A stretch of 64,000 nt of DNA from a virus (taxonomy: Duplodnaviria; Heunggongvirae; Uroviricota; Caudoviricetes): the IMG/VR virus record IMGVR_UViG_2690316311_000019; one strand, written 5' to 3'. This document shows positions 1 to 11,885 of the stretch, in pieces. The stretch's first letter is position 1, and every line of letters starts with the position of its first letter. The notes beneath the pieces are model-generated. The model made no database searches. It was not told the DNA's origin and worked only from the letters and a program-made list of their open reading frames with translations. The position numbers and the translations under genes are program-made.

Positions 1-195
1 CCACGATGCCTCATCACTGTTGAAAACGGCCACGAAGCCAGCCGGAATATCTGGCGGGGCAATATCGGTACTGTTTGCAGGCAGACCTGTATGAGGTGGA
101 ATGTATGCATCACCTTCACCAATAAACTCATTGGTTCCAGCCAGTAGATTATAAATTTTTATGGTCCGTGATTGTTCACTCATTCTGAATGTCAT
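1..195 (-). CDS. U: Tail fibre assembly protein, N-terminal fragment; gene runs off the window start
   Basis: Reverse-strand ATG at 195..193 overlaps the tail fibre stop (TAATG); translation [51 protein letters not shown] matches the N-terminus of phage Tfa/U tail fibre assembly proteins. Confidence 0.65.
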   Translation of the reverse strand, partial: MTFRMSEQSRTIKIYNLLAGTNEFIGEGDAYIPPHTGLPANSTDIAPPDIPAGFVAVFNSDEASW

Positions 196-3044
196 TATGC
201 AAGCCTCACAATATAGTTAAATGCGATGTTTTTTACGGTGTTTTCTTCGTTACCCGTAGCGTTAACGGTGATGGTGTGTCCGTGGGGACCAATAATGACA
301 GAATGGGCATGAGCACCAATGCCGATAGTGTGGTTATGGGCACCGATATATACATTGTGAGCATGCCCGCCTGCGCTCGACGTGGTACCAGTACCTAACG
401 CAGCGTTAAAACCGGCTGATACACCATTCCCCGCGCCAGTGTGACCAACAGGTATATTGTGTGAATGATTTCCAGCGCTATTCGTAGTTTTTGTGCCGTA
501 ATCAAATGAACTGGTCGTTTTAGTACCGTAATCAAACGACGATGTGGTTTTCGTCCCCAAATCCGTACTGGATGCGCTGGCGCTGTGGGTGTGCGATTTA
601 ATGCCGTCCTGTTCCTGAGACAATACGGCACGACCACTGCCGGGCTTGCCCTTAATCGTCCAGCCACGCATATCAGGAATAACGCCTGACGGATAAGCCG
701 CTGCAAGTTTCGGGTATGCAGATTTGTCAAAAGTCTGCCCCTGCATCAGGGCATAACCAGACGGAACGGTATCTGATGGCCACGGGATTGGTGCGCCGAC
801 TGGGTAGCTTTCTGGTGGAAGATTTTTCGAGGTATAAACTTCTGCCCAGTCTTCCTCAAAACCATAACCGTCTCTTGAAGAACGGTAGAACAGACCACCA
901 TTTCTGTAATGCGCCTTCATCTGCAAGGTCGGGCAACTTCCGACTCCGGTATAGAAGTTAACCAGAATATAGCTGTCGGCAGAGCGAATGACATTGTAAG
1001 CGCCTGATTCGGCATTCCAGGGAACGCCCCCATCCGCATCGGCATACGTATCCGTTGCTCTTCTGGCAAAAGCAGCAACATGCGCAGCGGTTAAAGTGAT
1101 ATCAGTAGAACCATCAAACGAGACGCCATTGATAGTACATGCTGTCTGCAACTTGGTCGCTGTAGCCGCATTACCAGAGGTGTCCTGATCCCCTTTGGCA
1201 TTGACGCCGGGAATTGAATCTTTTGACGTATAGACCTGCGCCCATTCAGACCAGTTGGCAGAATCAGTATCACGCCGCGAACGGATATGTACGGGCGCAT
1301 GGTCACCGCTCGTGCCACTCCAGCCAATGAATAACTCACCTTCGCCAGCAGCGGTGGCACCTTTAAGGTGAAGCACATTGCCATAGGTGGAAGGGTAGCC
1401 ATTGTTGTATGCCTCATACAGCTGAATCCCGGATGTTCCCTGTGCATTCGCCTCTAGGGCCGTTACGCGACCGCGAGATACCAGAGTATTGATATTAATG
1501 TCAGCCGAACCATCGAATCTGACGCCATTAATGTTTATGGCTGTTTTTAATTTCGTCGCGGTGTCGGCGTTCCCTGTCAGCGCCCCGGTGATCCCACCGT
1601 TGAAAGTCTGGCGTGCACTCCATTTGTTAGCCGTGCTCAACAGGGGGATCTTTTCACCGCTTGTGCCAAGTTCTCTTAAATCAAGGTATTGGATAACAGC
1701 AAGGACGCTTGTTTTGGCCAGAATATCGCGACCGACTGACGTTAAGTCAGTCTGAGAAATAGTGTCTGTACCGGTAAAGTACGGCAATTTATTTGCGCCT
1801 GTAGCAAGACCAGCAAGCGCGGTTAAAGTTGCATCCAGAGGCTGTTTGCCTGCCAGCGCATTTGTCATTGTTGTCGCAAAGTTCGGGTCATTACCAAGTG
1901 CTGCGGCAAGCTCATTCAGGGTATCAAGAGCTTCTGGTGATGAACCAACCAATGCGGATATGGCAGCTCTTACATAAGCGGTCGTAGCAATCTGCGTGTT
2001 ATTCGTACCCTGTGCAGCGGTAGGCGCAGTAGGTATTCCCGTTAATGCAGGACTTGCTAAAGGAGCTTTAAGAGCCAGAGCATTGTTGATAGTTGTGCTG
2101 AAATTCGGGTCGTTATTGATCGCAGCAGCTATTTCTTTAAGCGTATCCAGTGTGCCAGGTGCACCGTTGATAAGTGCCGTTATAGCTGCCTTAACAAAGG
2201 CTGTATTTGCGATCTGCGTGCTATTTGTACCTTGCGCTGCCGTCGGCGCGGTTGGCGTTCCTGTCAGACTCGGGCTTTCTATTGGCGCTTTGGTATCAGC
2301 AAGATCTTTTACAGACTTAACGGCTTTAGGGGTAGCCGCCATTGTTTCGCTGTCGCTGTTAGTTTCGCTACTGAGCTGAACTAATCCCTTTTGCGTTGTG
2401 CTTGCATCCTGCGCCGTATACTTACTGTTCGCCAGATCGTAGGCTTTTTTAACTGCCAGCGAACTTGCAGCAACATCACTTCTGCTACTGGTTACAGAGT
2501 CTGAAATATCAATGCCGATCGTGCGGTTAATACGCTCGGATGTATCAATCATCTCCTGGGTAATGGCTGATACTCCAGCAGGGATATTCACCGTACAAAC
2601 AAGCAGCTCCCCATCTCCTAACTGATATGAATCGGTATAGGTTCTGGTAACAAATTCAGCCGCATGAATATGTGACGCGGTATTAACCTGATAGGTATCC
2701 TCTCCAAGGAGGTATCTTCCCTTCAGCACAATTGCATATTTCTTGCCTGCACTAAGTGCAAGAGGAATATCCGTACATTGCTGAATAGTTACCTGGTAGA
2801 ATTCACCAATATCCACCGACGCCGCGCCTGCGGTTTTATCTCCATCCACTGAGGTGATTAACAGGTTCATCCCACCGCCAGGCTTAGGTAAGAAACCGGC
2901 ATAAAATCCCGGGTCAACAATCCCCCTGAATTTTCGGTTTAGCGCGGCTGACAGATATGGTTCGTGGTATTGCACATCAGCAACCAGAGCCAACGACTCG
3001 GGTGATGGGTAAGTAACCGATGTAACAACTGTAACGTCATTCAT
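195..3044 (-). CDS. S: Tail fibre protein (P1 S-like) with constant N-terminal part and variable His-rich C-terminal tip
   Basis: 978-aa ORF; internal duplicated [13 protein letters not shown]...DPNF segments, C-terminal HxH boxes ([32 protein letters not shown]) typical of long tail fibre tips; likely start MNDVT at 3044 with AGGA RBS (ORF-track start 3131 probably an extension). Confidence 0.8.
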   Translation of the reverse strand: MNDVTVVTSVTYPSPESLALVADVQYHEPYLSAALNRKFRGIVDPGFYAGFLPKPGGGMNLLITSVDGDKTAGAASVDIGEFYQVTIQQCTDIPLALSAGKKYAIVLKGRYLLGEDTYQVNTASHIHAAEFVTRTYTDSYQLGDGELLVCTVNIPAGVSAITQEMIDTSERINRTIGIDISDSVTSSRSDVAASSLAVKKAYDLANSKYTAQDASTTQKGLVQLSSETNSDSETMAATPKAVKSVKDLADTKAPIESPSLTGTPTAPTAAQGTNSTQIANTAFVKAAITALINGAPGTLDTLKEIAAAINNDPNFSTTINNALALKAPLASPALTGIPTAPTAAQGTNNTQIATTAYVRAAISALVGSSPEALDTLNELAAALGNDPNFATTMTNALAGKQPLDATLTALAGLATGANKLPYFTGTDTISQTDLTSVGRDILAKTSVLAVIQYLDLRELGTSGEKIPLLSTANKWSARQTFNGGITGALTGNADTATKLKTAININGVRFDGSADININTLVSRGRVTALEANAQGTSGIQLYEAYNNGYPSTYGNVLHLKGATAAGEGELFIGWSGTSGDHAPVHIRSRRDTDSANWSEWAQVYTSKDSIPGVNAKGDQDTSGNAATATKLQTACTINGVSFDGSTDITLTAAHVAAFARRATDTYADADGGVPWNAESGAYNVIRSADSYILVNFYTGVGSCPTLQMKAHYRNGGLFYRSSRDGYGFEEDWAEVYTSKNLPPESYPVGAPIPWPSDTVPSGYALMQGQTFDKSAYPKLAAAYPSGVIPDMRGWTIKGKPGSGRAVLSQEQDGIKSHTHSASASSTDLGTKTTSSFDYGTKTTSSFDYGTKTTNSAGNHSHNIPVGHTGAGNGVSAGFNAALGTGTTSSAGGHAHNVYIGAHNHTIGIGAHAHSVIIGPHGHTITVNATGNEENTVKNIAFNYIVRLA
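487..576. repeat. Tandem 3 x 30-bp repeat inside the tail fibre tip coding region
   Basis: Three consecutive 30-bp units beginning gtttt..., encoding repeated [10 protein letters not shown] peptide units. Confidence 0.7.
1671..1696. other. Cin/Hin/Gin-family crossover site (cix-like) at the constant/variable junction of the tail fibre gene
   Basis: TTCTCTTAAATCAAGGTATTGGATAA closely resembles hixL/gixL 26-bp sites; lies in frame within S, encoding [10 protein letters not shown]. Confidence 0.65.
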
Positions 3045-3055
3045 CAAGCATATCC

Positions 3056-3490
3056 TTATGCTGTAGTCGTGTTTATGGCCATAACTGCGGTATATGTTTT
3101 GCCCACATACAGCGAGTCTTCCTGGACACAAATAATGGCGATTGGCTTGTTCTCGTTATCCAGAACAACCAGAGTGTTGAATGGGTAGTTTTTCCCTTCC
3201 TGCAACTGGCTTTGATCAAGGTCCATTCGGACAGTAATTATCCCACCTGAGTAGGTTGGCACGAGGTTGATGGTACAAAATTGGCTGGTCAGTTCTGCCA
3301 GATCGAAAGCCTTTGGCAGTTCTCCAATCTCATAAGTGCCATCTCCTTTCTTAGTAACCAGAGAACTGGTACCGAAAACGGCCTTGCTGATTAAAAATCG
3401 AGAGCCTTTGTTAATGGACGATTCAGCGCGCCGCTGATAGTAATAGTCCAACAACTGACTCTTATAGAGGTTTGTTGAGACGTCAGACAT
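3056..3490 (-). CDS. R: Tail fibre accessory/structural protein (P1 R-like)
   Basis: 144-aa ORF immediately upstream of S on the same strand; assignment by position. Confidence 0.45.
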   Translation of the reverse strand: MSDVSTNLYKSQLLDYYYQRRAESSINKGSRFLISKAVFGTSSLVTKKGDGTYEIGELPKAFDLAELTSQFCTINLVPTYSGGIITVRMDLDQSQLQEGKNYPFNTLVVLDNENKPIAIICVQEDSLYVGKTYTAVMAINTTTA

Positions 3491-3568
3491 GATTTTCCCT
3501 AATCACTGTTGTGAAGCCTCATTGTAAGAGAAGTAACTTGTCACCCCGCCCTGCGGACGGGGTGATTG

Positions 3569-4408
3569 TCAGGCGTCGCTATCCAGCAACAAATCATCTG
3601 CGCGGGTGCGATCAAACGTAGGTGTCGCTTTCACAATAGTGCCACCAGGCGTTGCGGTGATCGGGGCGCTAATCGACGTAACTCCAGTAAGCGAAGTTGT
3701 ATCCGAAGTTTCAAACCAGCAGAATGCTTTTTCGGTATCAGAAATCTCGTTCAAAGTGATCATGTCGGCCTGTTCATTTACAACAACCGACAAATAGAGC
3801 GTAAGCCCATCAAACACTATATGCAGTGGCAGTAGAGGCTTTACGAACTGATTAAACTTTCTGAGAATTTCTTCTGTAATTGCGGACTGATCTATCGTGC
3901 CAGTAATACCCATTGTCCGGGCCAGGTCGTTTATGGGAATACTGATCATCCCTCTGGAAGTCAGAAACATCTCGCCGAATGTGCCGCCGGTAGTCTCCAA
4001 TGTGCTTTCTGGTATTAGAACTGTGCCATAGGGATGACGCTCAAGGTCCACCGGTGCATATATCGGATCCCATAAAACAGAAATACCGTTAAATTCGCGG
4101 TAAATTGTCTGGTTTATAGGACGTTCAGTTCCCTTAAAGTGGATCTCATCAAGCCGCTGTTGTAACAACATCGGAACGGAAGATGAGTCCGAGGTTCTGA
4201 TAGTAAAGAACTGGCCAAGTTCATTTGTCCTGGTCTCCAGATCCTCCTTGCTCATGGAGAAAATAGACTTCCGGTTGGTAATTCGCTCCAACCATGGGTC
4301 AACAAAGGTGTCCATCATTGACTGAACCAAATCAGCCAATGATTTATAGAGCAATGACTTTTGCTTAGCTGATGTAAGCCGGTTATTAAACCAGGAACGC
4401 TGCATCAC
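3569..4408 (-). CDS. Baseplate/tail protein (hypothetical)
   Basis: 279-aa ORF in tail operon, translationally coupled to upstream gene. Confidence 0.4.
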   Translation of the reverse strand: MMQRSWFNNRLTSAKQKSLLYKSLADLVQSMMDTFVDPWLERITNRKSIFSMSKEDLETRTNELGQFFTIRTSDSSSVPMLLQQRLDEIHFKGTERPINQTIYREFNGISVLWDPIYAPVDLERHPYGTVLIPESTLETTGGTFGEMFLTSRGMISIPINDLARTMGITGTIDQSAITEEILRKFNQFVKPLLPLHIVFDGLTLYLSVVVNEQADMITLNEISDTEKAFCWFETSDTTSLTGVTSISAPITATPGGTIVKATPTFDRTRADDLLLDSDA

Positions 4409-5838
4409 TCCTCCTCATACGAAATATTAAAGGTGGAGTTTTCTGTATCCAGATAAACGAAATCGTAAAAGCCGTTGGACTCATTCCACTCGACAAATTC
4501 CAGATAAAAGTCGCGGAAATAACCCAGCGTTTCGATAAACGCCCAAACGTCTTTTTTCTTAATCAGGATGTACTTCCCGACGCGGTTCGGATCAAAGAAA
4601 GTTGAGTCGCGCCCAAATTTTGTTTCCAGTGCCGACTTCAGCTCATCGGTCACATTCTCAATGGTCAGGCTTGCCGATATCCGTCCGGTGATGGTTATCT
4701 TAAATGGTAGTTTTCTGACCTCTTTATACGAGAATTTCTTGTTCAACTCATTCGGCACCTTCTTAAAGGCAGCCAGGATCATTTCTTCAAGCTCTGACTG
4801 GCTTTTATTTGGATGCCACCCTGAAATAAATATCTTATTGATATTCCGAACATTATAAGCACCATCTAATTTCTCTTGCTGGCCTTCGCCCCATGCCTTT
4901 ACCCATGACAGTCCCGGGATGTTACGCACCAGAAAATACGTATAGTCCCCGCCCCATACGACCTGATCATCATAGGCAAGGTAATATTGTGCACGATTAC
5001 GTGTGATCTCCGTTGTTTCGGCATCGGTACCTGCGGTTATGGGTGTCGTTGTCTTAACTGAAATCAAATTAGCTAAATTAGCCGCAGAATCGACAGGCGT
5101 CAGATTTTGGCCAGCAACCAAGGTTATATCTCCGTTGGTGCACCATACCTTAAGTGTAATGGTCGAGCCTTCTGGCGGTATTTGCCCAATTAGCCCATCA
5201 CCGAATCGAACCCCCAACTGCTCGGATGGTTTATAAAACTCAACGTAGACTTGGCTTTTACTACCGGCTAACCGGAACATAGTGCTGGAAGACCACTGCG
5301 TGGTCTTACCATCGGTCGTCACGAATACTTCCAGCTTATAGCAGACAGCAGTGAGAGCCTTTGATAACACGACTTCCAGAAATTCTTTGGCTGCCGTAAC
5401 GGTATATGTCACCTCCTGGATTTCCAACTGTGCCACTTCTACCGTACCGGTGCCGTCAACCAACCTGCATACATCCATAGTCATGTAAGGGTACTGGTCG
5501 TCAGATATTAAAGGCATGTTTTTGGGGATTACCGCTGGGGCATCTTCACTTGTGGCGGTGATCTCAATCATCCCCGATGACGGTGTTGGCTTGGTACCAA
5601 CGTAACTATTCGTTTCTGCCGCTGCCAGGATAGAGGAACGCCGCGTCGCGGTCGATATAAAGCCTTCAGCCAGCGCCGCATCGGCATACTGAAAGCACCT
5701 GTAGACAATCTGGGTAATAAACAATGTCAGCATCGAGACAAATTGAGAGCCGACAAACTTCGACCAGAATGAATCTTTCTCGACAAGCTCTTCAAACTCT
5801 GCACGAATACTGTCTTTAGTCGGTGTTGTTTTACTCAT
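4405..5838 (-). CDS. Baseplate protein (hypothetical, BplA-like by position)
   Basis: 477-aa ORF, overlapping start/stop with neighbours in tail operon. Confidence 0.4.
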   Translation of the reverse strand: MSKTTPTKDSIRAEFEELVEKDSFWSKFVGSQFVSMLTLFITQIVYRCFQYADAALAEGFISTATRRSSILAAAETNSYVGTKPTPSSGMIEITATSEDAPAVIPKNMPLISDDQYPYMTMDVCRLVDGTGTVEVAQLEIQEVTYTVTAAKEFLEVVLSKALTAVCYKLEVFVTTDGKTTQWSSSTMFRLAGSKSQVYVEFYKPSEQLGVRFGDGLIGQIPPEGSTITLKVWCTNGDITLVAGQNLTPVDSAANLANLISVKTTTPITAGTDAETTEITRNRAQYYLAYDDQVVWGGDYTYFLVRNIPGLSWVKAWGEGQQEKLDGAYNVRNINKIFISGWHPNKSQSELEEMILAAFKKVPNELNKKFSYKEVRKLPFKITITGRISASLTIENVTDELKSALETKFGRDSTFFDPNRVGKYILIKKKDVWAFIETLGYFRDFYLEFVEWNESNGFYDFVYLDTENSTFNISYEEE

Positions 5839-6194
5839 AGCACCACGTCCTGTGTGATAGTTATATCCCTGATACGAATGGATATTTTCAACTTATCAAA
5901 AGCATCTCCCTCGGCTACTGACAAGCCAGAAATCGGTATGTCAGGTAAATCTACCGTCAGTTTTTGCAACAGCATTGCCTCAACCGCAATTTGAACATGC
6001 GACAAGTTGGTCGGTTCGTGTTTAAACTGCGGTAAAACATTGCCCCATGACGGATCTCCGTATACCTCACCCTGATAAGTGTTTAGCCACTCATATAAAC
6101 GAGCGCCCCAGGCCTCCTCCTGGGACTCATACGTTTTTACGCCGGATAACTCCAGCGTCAGCAAAGGATCAATTTCGTTATTGTTGGCCATCAA
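5835..6194 (-). CDS. Hypothetical tail-associated protein
   Basis: 119-aa ORF coupled between baseplate gene and sit. Confidence 0.4.
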   Translation of the reverse strand: MMANNNEIDPLLTLELSGVKTYESQEEAWGARLYEWLNTYQGEVYGDPSWGNVLPQFKHEPTNLSHVQIAVEAMLLQKLTVDLPDIPISGLSVAEGDAFDKLKISIRIRDITITQDVVL

Positions 6195-9100
6195 TCAACT
6201 CTCGCGTAGTCATTCATCAACGGATCATCAATTGACAGTGGTACCGAGCGCATAACGCCCGGCTGAGGCGTGCTGACCTTTACGACAGTTCCCTGGCCTT
6301 TCGCCGAGTCTTTAGTGTGCTCTTCAATCCTGGCAAGCAATGAGGTCATCTGCGCAAACAGCCGCTTCGTTTCACCATCAAGTGAAACGGTATTATCAGC
6401 CAACTGCATTGTCGGCTTGGCACCGGAACCGCCAAGGTCACTAATAACCTGCCCGTCTATCTGCATACGACCGGTTGGTTGCTGCAAATCGTTGGCGGCA
6501 GTCGTCACCTGGGACGTGGAGGCTGGTTCAGGCGCATTATTTTTCCGCATCCCCGGCGAGTTGCGGAGTTTATCGAATAGTCCATCAATCCCCATTTGTG
6601 CGCCGAGATGGTCAAAGTAACTTGAGTTGTTGGCCACCGGACGCGCCTCTTCAACTGGCATCGGAGTATCAACATACACATTGCCAGCTGCTGTTGCGGT
6701 CCCCTTCCCTCGTGCACGTTCTTCTAGCGTTCCCTGAACGACTTCCCGACGCATCCCCCGGCCATTCATGAATTTGTTGACCAGATCGTTAACGCCAACA
6801 GCATTGCCGATTTTGTCGACCAGACCGCCTTTCTCAAACGGGCTATCACCAGGGGTAAACGCCAGGCCAGTAGACTGATCGATAACGGCGTTATCAGGTA
6901 TCTTTTCGTAAATTGCTGGTGCGCTATGATCTACCTTAGAGCCATAAACGGCACCATTATTGAGCATCTGCTGATACCCTCTGACACGAGTAACATATTC
7001 GCCGGTACCTGCGACTACTCTCCCCTTATCAACATGCCCCATACCAGCATGATAGGCAGCTATTGCACGACCCTGGTCACCGTTATAACGGTTCATCAGC
7101 ATACTTAGGTATCTGGCGGCACCATCAGCTGCTTTTCGTGTATCCATGGCATCAGCATCGCTGAGTCCAAGATCCTCCCTTGTACCTTTAGTGATCTGAA
7201 AAGCCCCAAGGGCAGATGAAAGTTTGTTCCCGTTTTTGTCTACTGGATTTCCAGTTCTCTGGCCTGCACTAGACTCTGCGGATGCAACTGCTGACAGAAT
7301 CCCTTTTTCAAGCCCATACTTACGTTCAAGCTCATCAAAATAATCGGCATTGTCAGAAATCCATTGGTATCCGGCAGCATTTAATTTTGGCAAAGAAACA
7401 TCCTTGCCATTGTTAAATCGACGTTTATCTATCTCATATGCACTTAATGCTTCCTCCTTACCTGTAGCAGACTGGCCCAAGGCAGCATCAATTGTTTGTG
7501 CTGCTTTATTTCCTGTTTCTACGGCATTTGCATTGATAATCTGATTAGCAGTTTCTTTAACTGTTTTATTGCTATCTTTCGCCATATCCAGGGCCGCATA
7601 TATCACGCGGGCAGCAATATTAGTCTGTTTGGCATCGGATTCAGTTTTAGAATCAGATGTCCCCTGGTGGCTATTAACCGGAACTTTTGACTCTGGAGTG
7701 ATTTCTTTCGCATTAGCCTCGCCGATCGGATTGGGTATTTTTGATACAATCATTGCCGCAGGGGTATTTTTAACGGCATCAACCGCTGCATCTAATGCTT
7801 TACCTGGTAAATTTTTAACCCCATCCCAAATATTACCAGCCGCCTCTTTAATGTGTTTCCCTGGGTTCTTAATGAAATCAATTGCACTATCAATTGCATC
7901 ACTGAAAACCTGTTTCAGGTTATCGACAGTAAAGAAGTCTTTGATGGCATCCAGCTTTTCAAGCAGCTTATTAGATGTATCGCTAAACCATGCTGAAACA
8001 GCATCACCAATCTTTGCTGTGTAATCATCGAACTTGGTAGAAATGGTGTCGCCAAGGTTAGAAATATATGTTTCTAAGTTGGTAATCCCACTATCAATGG
8101 CCAGGGCAATACTTTCCGTCGAAAATGATTGCAACATATTGCCGATATCCTCAAATCCAAGTGATTTGAGAACCTCACCAATGGCGCTGCTAATACCAGA
8201 TACCAGTCCCCCCATATCAAGAACATTAGCTAACGTATAAGCGGCTTTTTGCTGGAATGATGGATCTTGTCCTGATTTAAGCCCAAACGCTCGACGTTGC
8301 GCTTCTGTATCATTCCAACCGGTTACCGCACCATAAATACCTCCAGCCACTGTGCCGACTAGGGGAATTGCGCGTAACGCCCCTTTACCAACTGCCTTTA
8401 ATCCAAGTTTACCTGCTGCCCGGGCAGCCAAATCTCCGCCTTCATGAGCGAGAGTCTTCTTGCCACCACCGCGTAGCATTCCTACAAGTTTCTTTGCCCC
8501 CAGAGCGCCAAAAGCGAGTGCTCCAGCTTTTTTCAGCATGCCACGCCCCATTAACAACGACGCGACGCCACCGGCCCCCTTCCCTAACAGGCTAAATAGT
8601 TTGGACAGCAAGCCGCCCTTCTTTTTACCGGTGTTTTTGGCTATCTGATCAAGGGCACGGAGAATCTTGTCATTGCCCTCTTTAATTTCGCTGGTCTGCT
8701 CCTGAAGTTCCTGAACCGTCCGTTTTTGGGTGTTAACCTGAACGACATCGGCACTATTTTGCGATTTACGCCTAAAAAAACCTTTTCTACGGCTGTTATC
8801 GTCATTGCCACGAATCACATCGGCAATAGACTTTCTGGCACCATTAAGCGATCCACCAACTTCTTTTGATATCCCGCCAAGCTCCTTCCCTGCTGCCCAC
8901 AATGGACCAGCAACGGCATAACCTAACGCATCGACGGCACGAGTCTCTGAAGGGTTACCTATGCCTTCAGCTACTTTTGACAGTTTTTTTAATAAACCTG
9001 ATTCAGCATTTAGACGCTCATCATCCTCTTTGCGCCTGGCCTTTTCAGCACGTTCAGCACGGGCATCTTCCGCTGCGGCCTTACTCCCTGACTTTCCAAT

Positions 9101-9565
9101 AAAACGACCACGCGCATCGCGTTGGTTTTGGCTTTTTTGCGCACCGCCTTTTTGACCGAACATTTCGCGAGCGTGTTCGGCTGCTTCGGTCCGTTGCGCC
9201 TTTACATCTTCTGTTATAGCCTTCTTGCGTCGTTTTTTACCCTTTCGCGTAGTTGATTTGGCCTGCGGTTCCTGTAGAGCAACATCCTCCTGAACTACAC
9301 GAGAAACGTCCCCTAAATTAAGCCGTTTCATTGCGTCAACAATAGGGTCTACTGATGGCGCATTGGCCACAAAGTCTGGCCGGGAATTTTCGATTGTGCG
9401 ATTTAATGCCGACACACTGCGAGAGACAGGATCAACAGTTGCAACTCGTTCCCCTTTCAAATCTTCAACAGCTTCCCGAATACCTGCAAGCTCTTCCAGC
9501 TCTTTCGCGCTGGCGGTTTCAACTGTCCTTATAACATCGTCAATATTGGCGTTTTTTCTTTCCAT
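6191..9565 (-). CDS. sit: Structural injection transglycosylase / tape-measure-like protein with soluble lytic transglycosylase domain
   Basis: 1124-aa ORF; SLT motif region ...AVASAESSAGQRTGNPVDKNGNKLSSALGAFQITKGT...AAYHAGMGHV; Gly/Lys/Ala-rich coiled central part. Confidence 0.8.
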   Translation of the reverse strand: MERKNANIDDVIRTVETASAKELEELAGIREAVEDLKGERVATVDPVSRSVSALNRTIENSRPDFVANAPSVDPIVDAMKRLNLGDVSRVVQEDVALQEPQAKSTTRKGKKRRKKAITEDVKAQRTEAAEHAREMFGQKGGAQKSQNQRDARGRFIGKSGSKAAAEDARAERAEKARRKEDDERLNAESGLLKKLSKVAEGIGNPSETRAVDALGYAVAGPLWAAGKELGGISKEVGGSLNGARKSIADVIRGNDDNSRRKGFFRRKSQNSADVVQVNTQKRTVQELQEQTSEIKEGNDKILRALDQIAKNTGKKKGGLLSKLFSLLGKGAGGVASLLMGRGMLKKAGALAFGALGAKKLVGMLRGGGKKTLAHEGGDLAARAAGKLGLKAVGKGALRAIPLVGTVAGGIYGAVTGWNDTEAQRRAFGLKSGQDPSFQQKAAYTLANVLDMGGLVSGISSAIGEVLKSLGFEDIGNMLQSFSTESIALAIDSGITNLETYISNLGDTISTKFDDYTAKIGDAVSAWFSDTSNKLLEKLDAIKDFFTVDNLKQVFSDAIDSAIDFIKNPGKHIKEAAGNIWDGVKNLPGKALDAAVDAVKNTPAAMIVSKIPNPIGEANAKEITPESKVPVNSHQGTSDSKTESDAKQTNIAARVIYAALDMAKDSNKTVKETANQIINANAVETGNKAAQTIDAALGQSATGKEEALSAYEIDKRRFNNGKDVSLPKLNAAGYQWISDNADYFDELERKYGLEKGILSAVASAESSAGQRTGNPVDKNGNKLSSALGAFQITKGTREDLGLSDADAMDTRKAADGAARYLSMLMNRYNGDQGRAIAAYHAGMGHVDKGRVVAGTGEYVTRVRGYQQMLNNGAVYGSKVDHSAPAIYEKIPDNAVIDQSTGLAFTPGDSPFEKGGLVDKIGNAVGVNDLVNKFMNGRGMRREVVQGTLEERARGKGTATAAGNVYVDTPMPVEEARPVANNSSYFDHLGAQMGIDGLFDKLRNSPGMRKNNAPEPASTSQVTTAANDLQQPTGRMQIDGQVISDLGGSGAKPTMQLADNTVSLDGETKRLFAQMTSLLARIEEHTKDSAKGQGTVVKVSTPQPGVMRSVPLSIDDPLMNDYARVD

Positions 9566-9646
9566 GATCTTATCGCCTACCGTTTCGGTTTAAGTTTTTC
9601 TTCCAGTTTCTCCAACAGGAAAAACGCATAGGATTCAGTAAGCCTT

Positions 9647-10528
9647 TCAGCGTCCTGAATCGGTATACCCCCATACAAAACCAGGTTGGACACTAAGGTC
9701 TGATAGCTTTTCAATCCCCACCTGTGGAATGAAGTCGGTAGCCCGAAAGGGCACCCACAGACGGGTGTACGCACCCTCTGTGGACTCCTTTGTATCCTGG
9801 TTTGGGCATTTGTGCGGCGGGAGACGAAGACGCATTTCGCCTTTATCGATGTAGCACGGTAAACCATGTTCGAGCTTTTCATGAGCCAGCCGGATGTGTG
9901 CCGCCAGCTTCATAAATTCAGTATCAATGGCCATCCGTTTGATCGTTTCATAACGACGCTCAGCCTGATCTTCACGAGTACCACTAACATCGTTATAAAG
10001 CTCACACTGATAAGCGAATTCCCAAAAACGCAAATCAACGATCGCTTCTTTGAATTCCGCGTCGTCTTCAGGTGGCAATGCTGCACGGCGCATCTCCAGC
10101 ATTTCCATTGCCCAACCATCAAGCGGCACGATACGCCATTGATAAGGTACTCCCTCTACAGACACCTCAATATCGTCAATGAAAGGTTCCACTTCCAGGA
10201 CCTGGATATCTTCAGCCAGAGCATTCATATCACAATCGTAATAATGCTCTTTACCGCAATGTTTACAGGTGTAGGTGAATGTCTCGACCGGTGTTTCACG
10301 GGAGCCAGTAAATATCCACCATAACGCGGTAATCCGGTCCTGCGCCGTCCATGTCAGGGGATCATATTTCGCGGGTTCAGCCAGCAAGGCTTTTAAATAC
10401 GCCGTTGTCTGTTGTTCTTGTTCCTCCGGTGTTATCGAGTTGAAACGCATCGCATCAGCAATATTTGGCTGACGGAACTGGATCAATTCAGTTGGCCGCG
10501 ATGGTAGCGGGAAAAGAGGTAAAAGCAT
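9647..10528 (-). CDS. Hypothetical tail-associated protein
   Basis: 293-aa ORF downstream of sit. Confidence 0.4.
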   Translation of the reverse strand: MLLPLFPLPSRPTELIQFRQPNIADAMRFNSITPEEQEQQTTAYLKALLAEPAKYDPLTWTAQDRITALWWIFTGSRETPVETFTYTCKHCGKEHYYDCDMNALAEDIQVLEVEPFIDDIEVSVEGVPYQWRIVPLDGWAMEMLEMRRAALPPEDDAEFKEAIVDLRFWEFAYQCELYNDVSGTREDQAERRYETIKRMAIDTEFMKLAAHIRLAHEKLEHGLPCYIDKGEMRLRLPPHKCPNQDTKESTEGAYTRLWVPFRATDFIPQVGIEKLSDLSVQPGFVWGYTDSGR

Positions 10529-10542
10529 CCTTGCTCCTTAAT

Positions 10543-11154
10543 TCAAAGAGAAAAGCTAAAGCCCAGAAGGGAAGCCAAAGAACTTGAGGATTGGTTAAAC
10601 GTGCTGTGCAATGCGAAGGTCATTGGGAATGACTTAAATTCCGTAACCTGATCCCGCGCATAGGTGACATCGCCGGTAGTAACCGGGAATACCGTCATCT
10701 CATTTTCCAGTTTGGTTAAACCGGAAGACAGCAACCGATAAATACGCACATTGAGCAAATATTTAGACGGTATGTTCACGGTGCCGTCAGGATTGATCAC
10801 CCGACTTTTTGCCGTCTTAAACCAGTCCAAAACGAGGCCATCACCGGTATCCCTGACCATCATTGTTATCTGCCCAGGCGAACGCTCCGTTGGCTGAAGG
10901 ATATTCCCTCCGCCGATTTTAATCGTTTCATATTCGATGCTGTAATCGTGGTAGGTAATGTCTTTGGCAAAGAAGTCTGCCCCCTCCAGCCCATCAACTT
11001 CGACAGAGAACTGCCATCCTTGCGCGAACAGCATTTTGTTCATGATGATTGACGTCAGCTTACCAACTTCCCGCTCACCAACGCCGGAGCCAAATAATGT
11101 CGTCGTTAATGCCGAAGATATATAAGACTTTACTGATGCAACATTAAGTCCCAT
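10543..11154 (-). CDS. Putative tail tube protein
   Basis: 203-aa ORF in tail operon; size and position only. Confidence 0.35.
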   Translation of the reverse strand: MGLNVASVKSYISSALTTTLFGSGVGEREVGKLTSIIMNKMLFAQGWQFSVEVDGLEGADFFAKDITYHDYSIEYETIKIGGGNILQPTERSPGQITMMVRDTGDGLVLDWFKTAKSRVINPDGTVNIPSKYLLNVRIYRLLSSGLTKLENEMTVFPVTTGDVTYARDQVTEFKSFPMTFALHSTFNQSSSSLASLLGFSFSL

Positions 11155-11164
11155 ATCAACGACC

Positions 11165-11755
<591 letters not shown>

Positions 11756-11885
11756 TTAACCGATTCTACGAGTTGTCATTTGTTACCGGTCAGTCTACAC
11801 ATTTCAGATACTACGTTAAAACAACTCAAGTGCTTCAAGTAGCACATCGTCATCAACACCCAATCCGAAGATGCGGAGATAAAAT

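Noticed and set aside
3528-3555. Hairpin CACCCCG...CGGGGTG between tail genes as a terminator
   Set aside because: No adjacent T-run on either strand; more likely an mRNA structure or processing site within the tail operon
6270-9593. Plus-strand ORFs inside the sit gene (6270-6620, 7569-8024 and others)
   Set aside because: They lie antisense within a long, well-supported coding region, have low-complexity translations and no ribosome-binding sites
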